From a virus, in the IMG/VR virus record IMGVR_UViG_3300042923_001106, positions 119,209 to 183,208 of that record: 64,000 nt of DNA; one strand, written 5' to 3'. Below the pieces are notes generated by a model that saw nothing but the letters and a program-made list of their open reading frames with translations, searched no databases and was not told where the DNA came from. The position numbers were made by a program, and so were the translations under genes. Positions 28,616 to 37,488 of the stretch are shown here, one piece after another. Numbering within the stretch: the stretch's first letter is position 1; every line of letters begins with the position of its first letter.

Positions 28616-29377
28616 ATGAACACAAACACGCTGAAAGTTTTGAATAAAGGTTACGTTACGTTGGTAGATTCTATGGGATCAGATTTGTCTGTTGTAAATA
28701 GCGCTCGTTGTTCGTACATGAAAAAATCTGACGAATTAACCGATAAAGATATTCGACTCATCAAATTTCTAGCTAGGGAAGGACATCTATCCCCGTTCAG
28801 ACATGCGGTTCTGCAATTTGAACTGTACACTCCTTTACTCGTAGCCAGACAGTGGTTTAAATATCGAATTGGCTCCGCCCATTCAGAGGATACTGCAAAC
28901 AATGACGAAGTGATTTTTACAAATAACGGAGATGACGATGGATTTGGCGATCCAATTCATGGCCGGAATGAAGCCAGTCGTAGATATATTACATTGACTC
29001 CAGAATTTTATATTCCATTGCCTAACGAATGGCGTAGTAAGCCAGAGAACAGTAAACAGGGTAGCGGAGATAACTTGTCTGAAACAACAGGAAAACTTCT
29101 TACCGAGGTGCTTATCAATCAAATTGATGAGGGTATAAAGAATTATGAATGGGCACTAGGACAAGGTGTTGCACCTGAACAAGCAAGATTGTTTATTCCA
29201 TCTGCTTACGGACTTTATACGGCATGGTACTGGACGACGAGTTTACAGGGTGTATGTCATTTTCTAGAACAACGACTAGAACACGATGCTCAATCTGAAA
29301 TTCGCGATTATGCAAGAGCAGTATATTATTTAGCAAAACAAAAATTCCCTGTTTCGATAGAAGAATTAATAAAATAA
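28616..29377 (+). CDS. thyX: Flavin-dependent thymidylate synthase
   Basis: GHLSPFRH, ARQWFKYR, RNEASRRY, EQARLF and HDAQSEIR motifs. Confidence 0.9.
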   Translation: MNTNTLKVLNKGYVTLVDSMGSDLSVVNSARCSYMKKSDELTDKDIRLIKFLAREGHLSPFRHAVLQFELYTPLLVARQWFKYRIGSAHSEDTANNDEVIFTNNGDDDGFGDPIHGRNEASRRYITLTPEFYIPLPNEWRSKPENSKQGSGDNLSETTGKLLTEVLINQIDEGIKNYEWALGQGVAPEQARLFIPSAYGLYTAWYWTTSLQGVCHFLEQRLEHDAQSEIRDYARAVYYLAKQKFPVSIEELIK

Positions 29378-29380
29378 ATG

Positions 29381-29409
29381 TATACAATAAAATAAAAGTA
29401 TGATATATT
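29381..29409 (+). promoter_or_regulatory. Sigma-A promoter (extended -10) with the conserved 17-mer spacer
   Basis: TATACA-ATAAAATAAAAGTATGA-TATATT, with TG at -15/-14. Confidence 0.6.
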
Positions 29410-29467
29410 GGTTTCAGGACAAAGTTATAAAATTCCTGAAACCAATTTTTGTATAGGAGGTCAAGAT

Positions 29468-29848
29468 ATGTGTTTAGCGAAAGATCATCTTGAGGCCATC
29501 AATAATGTAATGAGTAATCTTGAAAGGGATTATGAATTGCTAAAATCGAAGCAATCAGAACTAGATGCTAAATTAAGCACCATGTATCATGAGGTTGAAG
29601 TTTTGAAATTTAGCGGTGTTGGCGGATATAAAAAGCTTCGACAACTACAAATATTGTTAAGAGAAAGGCGAGTTGTTAAACATGAACTCGCTCAAATGCA
29701 GCAAGTAATGCATCATATTACTCCTAAAAGTATAATAGAAAAAATACATAAGACTAGCGGGAATGTAGGTAAAAGCGATGCAGGGAATCAAGCATACCGT
29801 ATAGGCTGGAACATCAAAATTGAAGATATCTTAAAAGCAGATTATTAA
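29468..29848 (+). CDS. Hypothetical coiled-coil protein
   Basis: ATG 29468 follows AGGAGG. Confidence 0.7.
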   Translation: MCLAKDHLEAINNVMSNLERDYELLKSKQSELDAKLSTMYHEVEVLKFSGVGGYKKLRQLQILLRERRVVKHELAQMQQVMHHITPKSIIEKIHKTSGNVGKSDAGNQAYRIGWNIKIEDILKADY

Positions 29849-29870
29849 AATAAAAATATAATACATTGGG

Positions 29871-30461
29871 GTGTTGATAATCCGAACACTGGTTGTACTG
29901 TGTTTATACATTGCACTAATCATTACCGAATTGCTTACATTCAACAAATACACCATTGTCCTTGGACCCATTGTCATATTCACATTGCTTATCAATAGAT
30001 ATCTTGACGAAATTAAACGAACAGACATAAACAAACTTCTTAAAGATAAAAGCATTTGGAAATGGTCATGGTACATTACCGTTTATGCATTGATTTCACA
30101 ATGGGTAGCAAATGAAATAACTCAACACGGTCTCAACATTAAACCTCCAGATATCAACTTTGCGTACACTATTGTCGCGGCACCAATTGTATCTGTAATG
30201 TTTTCATCCGTTATCGAAGAAGTGATATTTCGAAAAATAATATTCACATATTTGGATAAGAAATTCAACTTTTACATTGCAGCAATCATCAGTTCAGCAT
30301 TATTCGCTTTAGGACACTATAATTACGCAGGTTGGCTAGGTTACTTTGTCCTTGGGCTGTTCTGGTGTTGGATTTATAAGAAGACTGGCAATATAACGAT
30401 ATCAATTTTGTCACATACATACTATAATTTATTCTCATTCATTATGTTAACTGTGAGGTGA
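29871..30461 (+). CDS. CPBP (CAAX protease-like/Abi) intramembrane metalloprotease
   Basis: IEEVIFRK, SSALFALGH and SHTYYN motifs; multiple TM segments. Confidence 0.85.
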   Translation: MLIIRTLVVLCLYIALIITELLTFNKYTIVLGPIVIFTLLINRYLDEIKRTDINKLLKDKSIWKWSWYITVYALISQWVANEITQHGLNIKPPDINFAYTIVAAPIVSVMFSSVIEEVIFRKIIFTYLDKKFNFYIAAIISSALFALGHYNYAGWLGYFVLGLFWCWIYKKTGNITISILSHTYYNLFSFIMLTVR

Positions 30462-30465
30462 AAAC

Positions 30466-30678
30466 ATGGTTTCGGAAGCTGCGCAAGCATTTATTGATAG
30501 GTGTTATAAAGACGGAGTAGCAATGGCGATTCATCCGATATTCGATAGTATATATGAGATTGATGGTAAGATGCATAAGTTTACAAAGGAGGTTTTGGAA
30601 GAAATCAAGCGATCCAATAAAGTTAAAGTTCTTTATGAAGGTTCAAAATCGGCAAACTTAATGGGATTCAGGCAATAA
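30466..30678 (+). CDS. Hypothetical protein
   Basis: RBS GAGGTG; stop within the palindrome at 30674. Confidence 0.6.
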   Translation: MVSEAAQAFIDRCYKDGVAMAIHPIFDSIYEIDGKMHKFTKEVLEEIKRSNKVKVLYEGSKSANLMGFRQ

Positions 30679-30710
30679 AATTCATATTTTAATAGGAGAG
30701 TAGAATACAT

Positions 30711-31250
30711 ATGAAAGAAATATCAAAGTGTACCTACGAAGATAATGTTCAAGAAATTCTCAAGTCTGTATTACCAGATGATATTAGTATCGAAAATATA
30801 GTTTTTGTCTGCATCGGAACAGATAGGTCTACAGGAGATTCCCTTGGCCCGTTGGTTGGCACATATCTTCAGTCAATGGGATACTCGAATGTATATGGAA
30901 CAGTTGATGAACCCGTTCATGCTCTAAACATTGAAGAAGTGATGGAAACTATTCCAAAAGATAAGACTATAATTGGGATTGACTCCTCCCTCGGAGACCA
31001 CAACATCGTTGGCAGAATTAGAGCGTTTAAGGGTTCAATCAAACCCGGAGCAGGAGTAGGAAAAGAACTGATGCCAGTTGGAGATTATTCGATTAGCGCT
31101 GTTGTTAATGTGGGAGGTTTTATGGAATATTTTGTTCTTCAAAATACAAGACTTTCGCTTGTAATGAAATTGGCTAGTTGGATTGTAAATGGTATAAGTA
31201 AAAGAATACCCGCAATGGAATCATTAGAAGTAGCTGCTTCAAAACAATAA
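30711..31250 (+). CDS. yyaC: Spore protease YyaC family protein
   Basis: VCIGTDRSTGDSLGPLVG, PVHALN, IDSSLG, IKPGAGVGK and LQNTRLSLVMKLA motifs. Confidence 0.9.
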   Translation: MKEISKCTYEDNVQEILKSVLPDDISIENIVFVCIGTDRSTGDSLGPLVGTYLQSMGYSNVYGTVDEPVHALNIEEVMETIPKDKTIIGIDSSLGDHNIVGRIRAFKGSIKPGAGVGKELMPVGDYSISAVVNVGGFMEYFVLQNTRLSLVMKLASWIVNGISKRIPAMESLEVAASKQ

Positions 31251-31462
31251 AAGATGCACTTCAAGGGAGGAGAATGATATATGAAAAAGTCTTTTACCGA
31301 CTATGTTAATGAACTCAAAATTAAAGAATTAGAAAACAAACTTATGTTAATCGAAATAGATAAAGCCCAAAATATTGAGGATATAAAGAAAATTCTTAAG
31401 AAAGCTCTATTAAAATAGCCGATGAAAGGCGACTTTATCGAATGGAGAGGAGAAAATGTTAA

Positions 31463-31654
31463 ATGAATTTGTGGAAGAGATTAGAAGAATGTGGACACGA
31501 AGAATACACTCTTGATAGTACTTGGCACTTGTATGCTGTTGATCTGAGTGACGGCGATGATTTTGCAGAAGTAAAATTCGCCCAGAAGAACGGAAACAAA
31601 TATCGCACCAAGAATGACATCGTAGGATTTGTTGGATTCAGGGATTTACTATAG
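31463..31654 (+). CDS. Hypothetical protein
   Basis: RBS GGAGAGGAG. Confidence 0.55.
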   Translation: MNLWKRLEECGHEEYTLDSTWHLYAVDLSDGDDFAEVKFAQKNGNKYRTKNDIVGFVGFRDLL

Positions 31655-31685
31655 AATCCTCATTTTTATAGGATGGTGAAGAATA

Positions 31686-31901
31686 ATGACATGTAAATAT
31701 TGCAAGGAGAAGGAAGAGTATTATGGTCTATGTGAAACTCATTGGATGTTGGGAGTATATTTTCAATATGAGCAATGTGGCAAAATGTGGAACTATAATG
31801 AAGGTAATGATGGTATGATGCGAAAATATGAAATGTGGATTAAAACATTGACAGAAGACTATATACAGGAAATTCGTTATAATTATTGGTTAATAAAATA
31901 A
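31686..31901 (+). CDS. Hypothetical Cys-containing protein
   Basis: CKYC...CETH. Confidence 0.55.
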   Translation: MTCKYCKEKEEYYGLCETHWMLGVYFQYEQCGKMWNYNEGNDGMMRKYEMWIKTLTEDYIQEIRYNYWLIK

Positions 31902-31940
31902 ACCCGATAAAATCATTTTTGCAGGGATAGGAGAGTACGT

Positions 31941-32417
31941 ATGAATAATAAGTTGCAAGAGGTTGTAAAAACGCGCCAACCAAAGATTAAAAACCTTGAG
32001 GATGAAGAAAAGCGTGCATATAAGGCTGGACTTATGATGTTAGGGATTACAGTAGATGAAGACTTTTTTGATATTCCCGAACTTCCTTCAAATAAATATG
32101 AGAATGATGGATTGTTCTATGAAATACCATACTTCACTTCAGAACAACTCTGGACGCAGGATAATCAGAGAATGCTTGTAGTTGTATATAAAATAGAGAA
32201 TAGATCGTCTTATTGTCCACTAAGGATTGATTTTAAATTTGAACTCAAAGATAAGGAAACAGACTATTGGTTATATGTTTATGATCAATCGGGACAAAAA
32301 ACTGTTAAATGGGAATTGGTAGTACATGAAAATCAAGAGCAGTATACAACGATTCCTGAATACAACACTATAAAATTATCTGAATTAATTGGTTATCGAC
32401 GTAAGGATTTGTTCTAA
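31941..32417 (+). CDS. Hypothetical protein
   Basis: RBS AGGAG. Confidence 0.65.
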   Translation: MNNKLQEVVKTRQPKIKNLEDEEKRAYKAGLMMLGITVDEDFFDIPELPSNKYENDGLFYEIPYFTSEQLWTQDNQRMLVVVYKIENRSSYCPLRIDFKFELKDKETDYWLYVYDQSGQKTVKWELVVHENQEQYTTIPEYNTIKLSELIGYRRKDLF

Positions 32418-32479
32418 AAGATTTAAACGATGAGTAATTAAATAAAACATGGAATTTCATTGGAATTGGAGGTTAGGAG

Positions 32480-33598
32480 TTGAGCAAGTTTGAATTGAGT
32501 TTATCCAAGGATTATGTTCCATCTTGGACCGTAGTCGATGCAGTTAGAGAACTATTTCAAAATGCTCTCGACCAACAGACAACTGTTGAAGATAATGTAA
32601 TGTTCTTTAACTATGATCAAAATACCCACACTCTATACATAGGTAATAAATCATCAGTACTAAGCGCAAAGACATTGCTGCTAGGTACGTCAACGAAGCG
32701 AGATGATCCTAATACGATTGGTCAATTCGGAGAAGGTTATAAAATCGCTACTCTTGTTTTAACCCGTCTAAACAAGAAAGTGACGTTCTACAACTATGGA
32801 GCAAAGGAAGTCTGGAATCCTCGGTTTGTGAAGTCTAAGCGATACGAGGGAGAGGAGATTCTAACATTCTTCGTTGACAAGAAGTTCATTTGGCAGAAGG
32901 TTCCCGACAATAATCTGACTATAACCATCGAGGATATTAATCCTCATGAATATGAGCAAGTTGTTGAGTCTAATCTTCACTGTCAGGATGTTGGGGAGAT
33001 AATTGAGACTTCTGCGGGAAGAATCCTATTAGATCCCAGACATGCTAAAAAGGTCTTCGTAAATGGTCTCTTTGTATGCGGAAATCGTGAATATACATAC
33101 GGTTATGATTTCAAACCAAAGGAATTGAAGATAGACCGTGACAGAAAACTTGCAGATAACTTTGAACTCAAATGGTTAGCATCAAAGATGTGCGCTCAGG
33201 TTCAGGATCATGATATTGTTGTTGAATTGATTCGTCAAGACGCGGCTGATATCGCATTCATCTCCTCGATGAACATGTACGCCGACAACCAAACCAAGCA
33301 GAGAAACCTTGGTGCTATCGCGGATAAGACCTATGGGCGATTTATAGAGGAACACGGCGAAAATGCTGTACCTGTGACAACTCAAGAAGAGTTTGACAAA
33401 GTGAAGAAGCAATACAAGCCTGTCATTGTTTCATCTTCATACGCTTCAATGGTTAAGAAAAGCGACATGTATAAGGCTCCAAGAGTAAAGAGGCAGACAA
33501 CAAAAGATAAGTTAGAAGAATGGTATAGGAACAATAAGAAAAACCTGTCCAGTAAAGCATCTAGAAAGTTGAAAAAAATTATTGATGAAATGCAATAA
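32480..33598 (+). CDS. GHKL (HATPase-fold) ATP-binding protein
   Basis: AVRELFQNALD (N box) and IGQFGEGYK (G box); bounded by palindromes at 32441 and 33594. Confidence 0.8.
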   Translation: MSKFELSLSKDYVPSWTVVDAVRELFQNALDQQTTVEDNVMFFNYDQNTHTLYIGNKSSVLSAKTLLLGTSTKRDDPNTIGQFGEGYKIATLVLTRLNKKVTFYNYGAKEVWNPRFVKSKRYEGEEILTFFVDKKFIWQKVPDNNLTITIEDINPHEYEQVVESNLHCQDVGEIIETSAGRILLDPRHAKKVFVNGLFVCGNREYTYGYDFKPKELKIDRDRKLADNFELKWLASKMCAQVQDHDIVVELIRQDAADIAFISSMNMYADNQTKQRNLGAIADKTYGRFIEEHGENAVPVTTQEEFDKVKKQYKPVIVSSSYASMVKKSDMYKAPRVKRQTTKDKLEEWYRNNKKNLSSKASRKLKKIIDEMQ

Positions 33599-33626
33599 AA
33601 ACTAGATTTCATTAGGAGTTTCGATA

Positions 33627-33848
33627 ATGGGTTTAATATATCCAAAATACATAGTAAGACTCGATTGGGACGAGCGCGAAGGTGAGGTTGGTAGTTTGAT
33701 CGATATATTTCAACATCCAGATGACCAGCGAGTAATGTATACTATTGAATTTAATGATGGTCAATTAAAAGGATACTATGATGGAGAAATTGAACCAATG
33801 CTGAAATTATTAAAAAAACCCAAGGAAAGTATCATTTCATTTGATTAA
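33627..33848 (+). CDS. Hypothetical protein
   Basis: RBS AGGAG. Confidence 0.55.
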   Translation: MGLIYPKYIVRLDWDEREGEVGSLIDIFQHPDDQRVMYTIEFNDGQLKGYYDGEIEPMLKLLKKPKESIISFD

Positions 33849-33862
33849 AGGGGAACAGCTAA

Positions 33863-34055
33863 ATGATTGTAAGTCTAATTCAAAATTATAGGCTTCCTAT
33901 ATGTATTAGGTGGAATCATATCACTGATTTTTTACCTTATTGATTTTCGTGATGTTGAATGGTGTAGAGACAAAATTATCGTTAGCACAGTAGCGATTTT
34001 ATTATGGACATTGTTTTGGCTATTTCGAGCAATTCTTGCATCAGGGTTTAAATAA
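33863..34055 (+). pseudogene. Two-TM membrane protein with a 1-nt frameshift near codon 5
   Basis: The ATG 33863 frame stops early. The TM-rich frame FKIIGFLYVLGGIISLIFY...WLFRAILASGFK begins at 33879, right after TAA 33876; removing one A joins the two. Confidence 0.6.
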
Positions 34056-34075
34056 GGGAAAGGATTAGATTATTT

Positions 34076-34333
34076 ATGGCTCAAAACCCGAAAATTAAAA
34101 TCGAAGAAATTATCTCTGACTTGATTTTAGGAAACGAAGATTATTTTGACATCTATACGGTTAACCATAAGAAAAAGGAAAATCTAGACTTTGTAAGAGT
34201 ATATGTTACCGCATCCGGTAAAACGAAAGTGTATATTGCTAATGATGCAGGATTAGAAATTCTTGAATGGAAAGGTGCTGCTGAATTCAGGAAAGACGTA
34301 ATGTTGGAAGAAGAAGAGTTTGAAAGTAAATAA
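34076..34333 (+). CDS. Hypothetical protein
   Basis: Stop within the palindrome at 34329. Confidence 0.6.
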   Translation: MAQNPKIKIEEIISDLILGNEDYFDIYTVNHKKKENLDFVRVYVTASGKTKVYIANDAGLEILEWKGAAEFRKDVMLEEEEFESK

Positions 34334-34371
34334 AATAGCATTTTCATTCGAGATAAAAATAAAAGGAAAAG

Positions 34372-34755
34372 GTGATAATGAATTTGAAACAGTTTTCAAC
34401 TAAAGGCATACATATCATGGTAGATGCATATGGCATTAAACCTGAACTATTAGATAACATCCACTATCTTCATCAGTTAGGCAAAATCGCTATTGCAAAG
34501 TCAGGAGCCTCATTCGTAGATATGGTAGTAAAGAAATTTAGTCCATATGGCTGCACTCTTCTATTTCTACTCGAAGAAAGTCATATTAGTTTTCATACTT
34601 TTATAGAAAATTTAGATGATTTGGAAAGATCATATATAGCCATTGATGCTTTCACATGTTCGTCCGCCGATCCTGAACTTGCAATCAATTACATAGTTGA
34701 ACAATTAAAACCAAAAGAAGTATACAAACAACATATTGTAAGAGGTGTCCGATAA
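34372..34755 (+). CDS. speD: Pyruvoyl-dependent S-adenosylmethionine decarboxylase proenzyme family
   Basis: GIHIMVD, FSPYGCT, LEESHISFHTF (E-S autocleavage site) and IDAFTC motifs. Confidence 0.85.
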   Translation: MIMNLKQFSTKGIHIMVDAYGIKPELLDNIHYLHQLGKIAIAKSGASFVDMVVKKFSPYGCTLLFLLEESHISFHTFIENLDDLERSYIAIDAFTCSSADPELAINYIVEQLKPKEVYKQHIVRGVR

Positions 34756-34979
34756 TGAAATATGGGAGTGTAGTGAAGAACAAAGTAACAGGTGAATACG
34801 GTACTTGTCACTATAGCACATTCGGTGCATCTATACATACATACGATGAAATCGAGAATTTGTTAACTAAGACTCTGGGCGATTCATTGGAAAATGTCAT
34901 GAAACATTGGGAAGTTTGCGAAATGCCAGAAGGTTACGAGTGGAGTGAAAGCAATATCTATATTAGGAGAATACATTAA
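34755..34979 (+). CDS. Hypothetical protein
   Basis: TAATG overlap with speD. Confidence 0.6.
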   Translation: MKYGSVVKNKVTGEYGTCHYSTFGASIHTYDEIENLLTKTLGDSLENVMKHWEVCEMPEGYEWSESNIYIRRIH

Positions 34980-35128
34980 TGTCACGTGATCAGTATGATG
35001 TTGAAGTTGAGAAGCAACGCACGATACAGGAATCGGTTAGTAAGATCTTCTGGATTGCATTTACCTTCCTCATTGTAGGGGGATGTACTGCAACAGAGAT
35101 ATGGGGTAAATAAGAAAGGAGTAATAGT

Positions 35129-35365
35129 ATGGTTGAGATGTATCTTTATGAATACGTTGGCGAAGACAATGGATGGTTTACAAAGAATAGTAATTATATT
35201 GGACGCAGAAATAAAGCAGGTGAAATAATGGCAAAAAATAATATTGGTTATTGGGTTACAGTTGATAGTTTTAAGTTGACCATAAGCAGATTGAAAAATG
35301 AAATGCAGATTATAGAGAAGTTTTATGTCCGAAATCACAAGGAAGCAATTAATTATAAAAGGTAA
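35129..35365 (+). CDS. Hypothetical protein
   Basis: RBS AAGGAG. Confidence 0.55.
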   Translation: MVEMYLYEYVGEDNGWFTKNSNYIGRRNKAGEIMAKNNIGYWVTVDSFKLTISRLKNEMQIIEKFYVRNHKEAINYKR

Positions 35366-35386
35366 ATAAAATAACTATTTGAAAGG

Positions 35387-35593
35387 GTGAAAGTAATGAA
35401 TGCTTATCAACATGCAAGTTTCTGTGGAAATGTTGCAAAAAGAATTAGTAAAGAATTTAATAGGTTAGGACTAGATGTCGATCCTGTCTTTGGTTTTTAT
35501 TATTACAATGAGGAGAAAACATATGCTTACATGCATCCAGAGGATTTGTACAAGAAATACGATGAAATTAAATATCCTCACGGAGATATTTAA
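35387..35593 (+). CDS. Hypothetical protein
   Basis: 68 aa ORF. Confidence 0.5.
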   Translation: MKVMNAYQHASFCGNVAKRISKEFNRLGLDVDPVFGFYYYNEEKTYAYMHPEDLYKKYDEIKYPHGDI

Positions 35594-35629
35594 TCAAACA
35601 AAATTGCGATTTTATAAGGAGGTAAATGA

Positions 35630-35787
35630 ATGCTGCAAGGTAAGTAGAATTGCTTAGAACTAATGACGGCGCGCTTAGACTGGTTGAAGACAAAATGACC
35701 AATAGTTACAGTATTGGTTTAAGAACAAATGGCGGGCTGCACTGGAAATATGTTAGTAAAGAACTTTTTGATTTAATGAAATCATAA
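35630..35787 (+). pseudogene. Small protein with a 1-nt deletion at codon 5
   Basis: AGGAGG-N7-ATG CTG CAA GGT AAG TAG; adding one A gives MLQGKVELLRTNDGALRLVEDKMTNSYSIG...LMKS*. Confidence 0.55.
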
Positions 35788-35819
35788 TTAATGGATCAAG
35801 AGGGGGATGTAATGAGCAG

Positions 35820-36014
35820 ATGAAAAAGGAACATAAGGATTGGATTGATAATGCTAGTTACCAACAATTAATGAGTAAATGGCGAACTGCACCAGTAGGC
35901 GATCCTTTCTTTATGGACGATACTGGAGAATATTATGCAAAAATTATGAGCGAGAAAAGAAATATGATCAGTAGTTCTGAACAAGTAAGCATTAGTAAAA
36001 ATGTTGGTTGGTAG
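35820..36014 (+). CDS. Conserved small phage protein
   Basis: WIDNASYQQLMSKWRTAPVGDPFF. Confidence 0.65.
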   Translation: MKKEHKDWIDNASYQQLMSKWRTAPVGDPFFMDDTGEYYAKIMSEKRNMISSSEQVSISKNVGW

Positions 36015-36039
36015 CCTAAAAACAAATAAAAAATAAAAT

Positions 36040-36492
36040 ATGGAGGAAAACAAAATGAAAACTGTAGCTGACTGGTATGTAGTAAGAGAGGCAGAAAATA
36101 AAGGTCTTGTTGTTGCTATGACTCCAATTGTCGAACGCAAACGTACCGAATTGAATAACGAGTTGGGCAGATACTTCAGAGATCAGTATCCAGACTATAA
36201 CGGTACTTACGATGAAGATGCGTGTGAAGATATTCTGTACTCGCTAAATTCATATATCGAAGAAAACAATATCGATATGTATCCTTTAGATTTTCCGATC
36301 AGTGAAGGAACAGATATACATCTATTAAAAGTAAATGATAACATTTCACTAAAGGTCGTAATTGCTGATGAATATTATGGCAGTGGGAGCTATAGCAAAT
36401 ACATCGATATTAGCAACTTTTTAATCAATGAAAATGCGACAAAGAGTGATGTTGATCATCTGATTGATTTTGTAAAAGAATATCTTAGATAG
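36040..36492 (+). CDS. Hypothetical acidic protein
   Basis: 150 aa ORF; the probable start is ATG 36055, after GGAGG. Confidence 0.7.
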   Translation: MEENKMKTVADWYVVREAENKGLVVAMTPIVERKRTELNNELGRYFRDQYPDYNGTYDEDACEDILYSLNSYIEENNIDMYPLDFPISEGTDIHLLKVNDNISLKVVIADEYYGSGSYSKYIDISNFLINENATKSDVDHLIDFVKEYLR

Positions 36493-36509
36493 GAAATGGA
36501 GGATTTATT

Positions 36510-37046
36510 TTGAGCATTGAACAATGGCAAAGTGAAATTGAAGAAATTCAAAACATCTACAGTTCAATAAAAAGTCAAACGGCTAGATCGGTACTTGCTG
36601 ATGCAAATAGAACATTAAAAAAGAAAATTGAAGATGAACACAAAAGAATTGAATTTGAAAAGAATCAAGAAGACGGTATGCCAGAATCTTTTAAACGTAT
36701 GGGAGTATATAATCAGAAGTATATTCGTGACGGCAATGTTATTTATGCAATTGATGATTCTGGAGAGTTAGACAAGGATGGTAGTTATCATTGGCATCAC
36801 CATGTATGGATTCCACAAACTAAAATTAAATTTGCAAATCTCTGTGTACGAACATTAGGCAAAGATGTTTATGGTGATAGGTATTACTTAGAAGTCGATT
36901 ATTATAAACATCCTGCAGATCCGTTTCCATACATGACAAAACGAATTGATCCATTTAATCGTACATATTTGCCATATGTCCATTATGTATTAGACTCGCT
37001 CGGATTGAAGAAAGAGGAATATAAACAAAGGACAAGGATGATTTAA
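36510..37046 (+). CDS. Hypothetical protein
   Basis: TTG start after GGAGG. Confidence 0.7.
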   Translation: MSIEQWQSEIEEIQNIYSSIKSQTARSVLADANRTLKKKIEDEHKRIEFEKNQEDGMPESFKRMGVYNQKYIRDGNVIYAIDDSGELDKDGSYHWHHHVWIPQTKIKFANLCVRTLGKDVYGDRYYLEVDYYKHPADPFPYMTKRIDPFNRTYLPYVHYVLDSLGLKKEEYKQRTRMI

Positions 37047-37423
37047 ATGGGGCTAATAAGCACAGTCGCTGGATTAATACTGCAATAAAATTAGCGAAAC
37101 GCAATAAAGTAAATAATAGTAAGCACGTTTCGATACTAATTCGTGGAGGGAAAATAATCAGTATTGGTCTCAATAAGGATACCAAGAAGGGGATACTGGG
37201 TGACGATAGTTATGAGCCGTGGTGTGGATGGCATTCAGAACTAGATTGTTTACATAAAATAGACCAGAGATTGATTGATGGCTCAATACTATATGTTGCA
37301 GGATGGAATAGCAACGGACACTCGCTCTATTCAAAACCATGCCGGTACTGTCAACAATATTTAAAAAAGTTTGACCTGAAGGCAATTTATTATTCTAAAC
37401 CAAATGGTTATGAAGTGATGTAG
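37047..37423 (+). pseudogene. Cytidine/dCMP-deaminase-fold protein, frameshifted at codon 2 (absent from the ORF track)
   Basis: The frame 37025-37423 encodes KHVSILIRGGKIISIG...HSE...SKPCRYC but has no canonical start before the HSE motif. ATG 37047 (AAGGA 8 nt upstream) is one base out of frame at the GGGG run. Confidence 0.75.
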
Positions 37424-37488
37424 GACAAAAATTGGACAATAAAACCAAGATTTCATTTGGTAAGAATAAAAAGGAGAATATAAAATAA

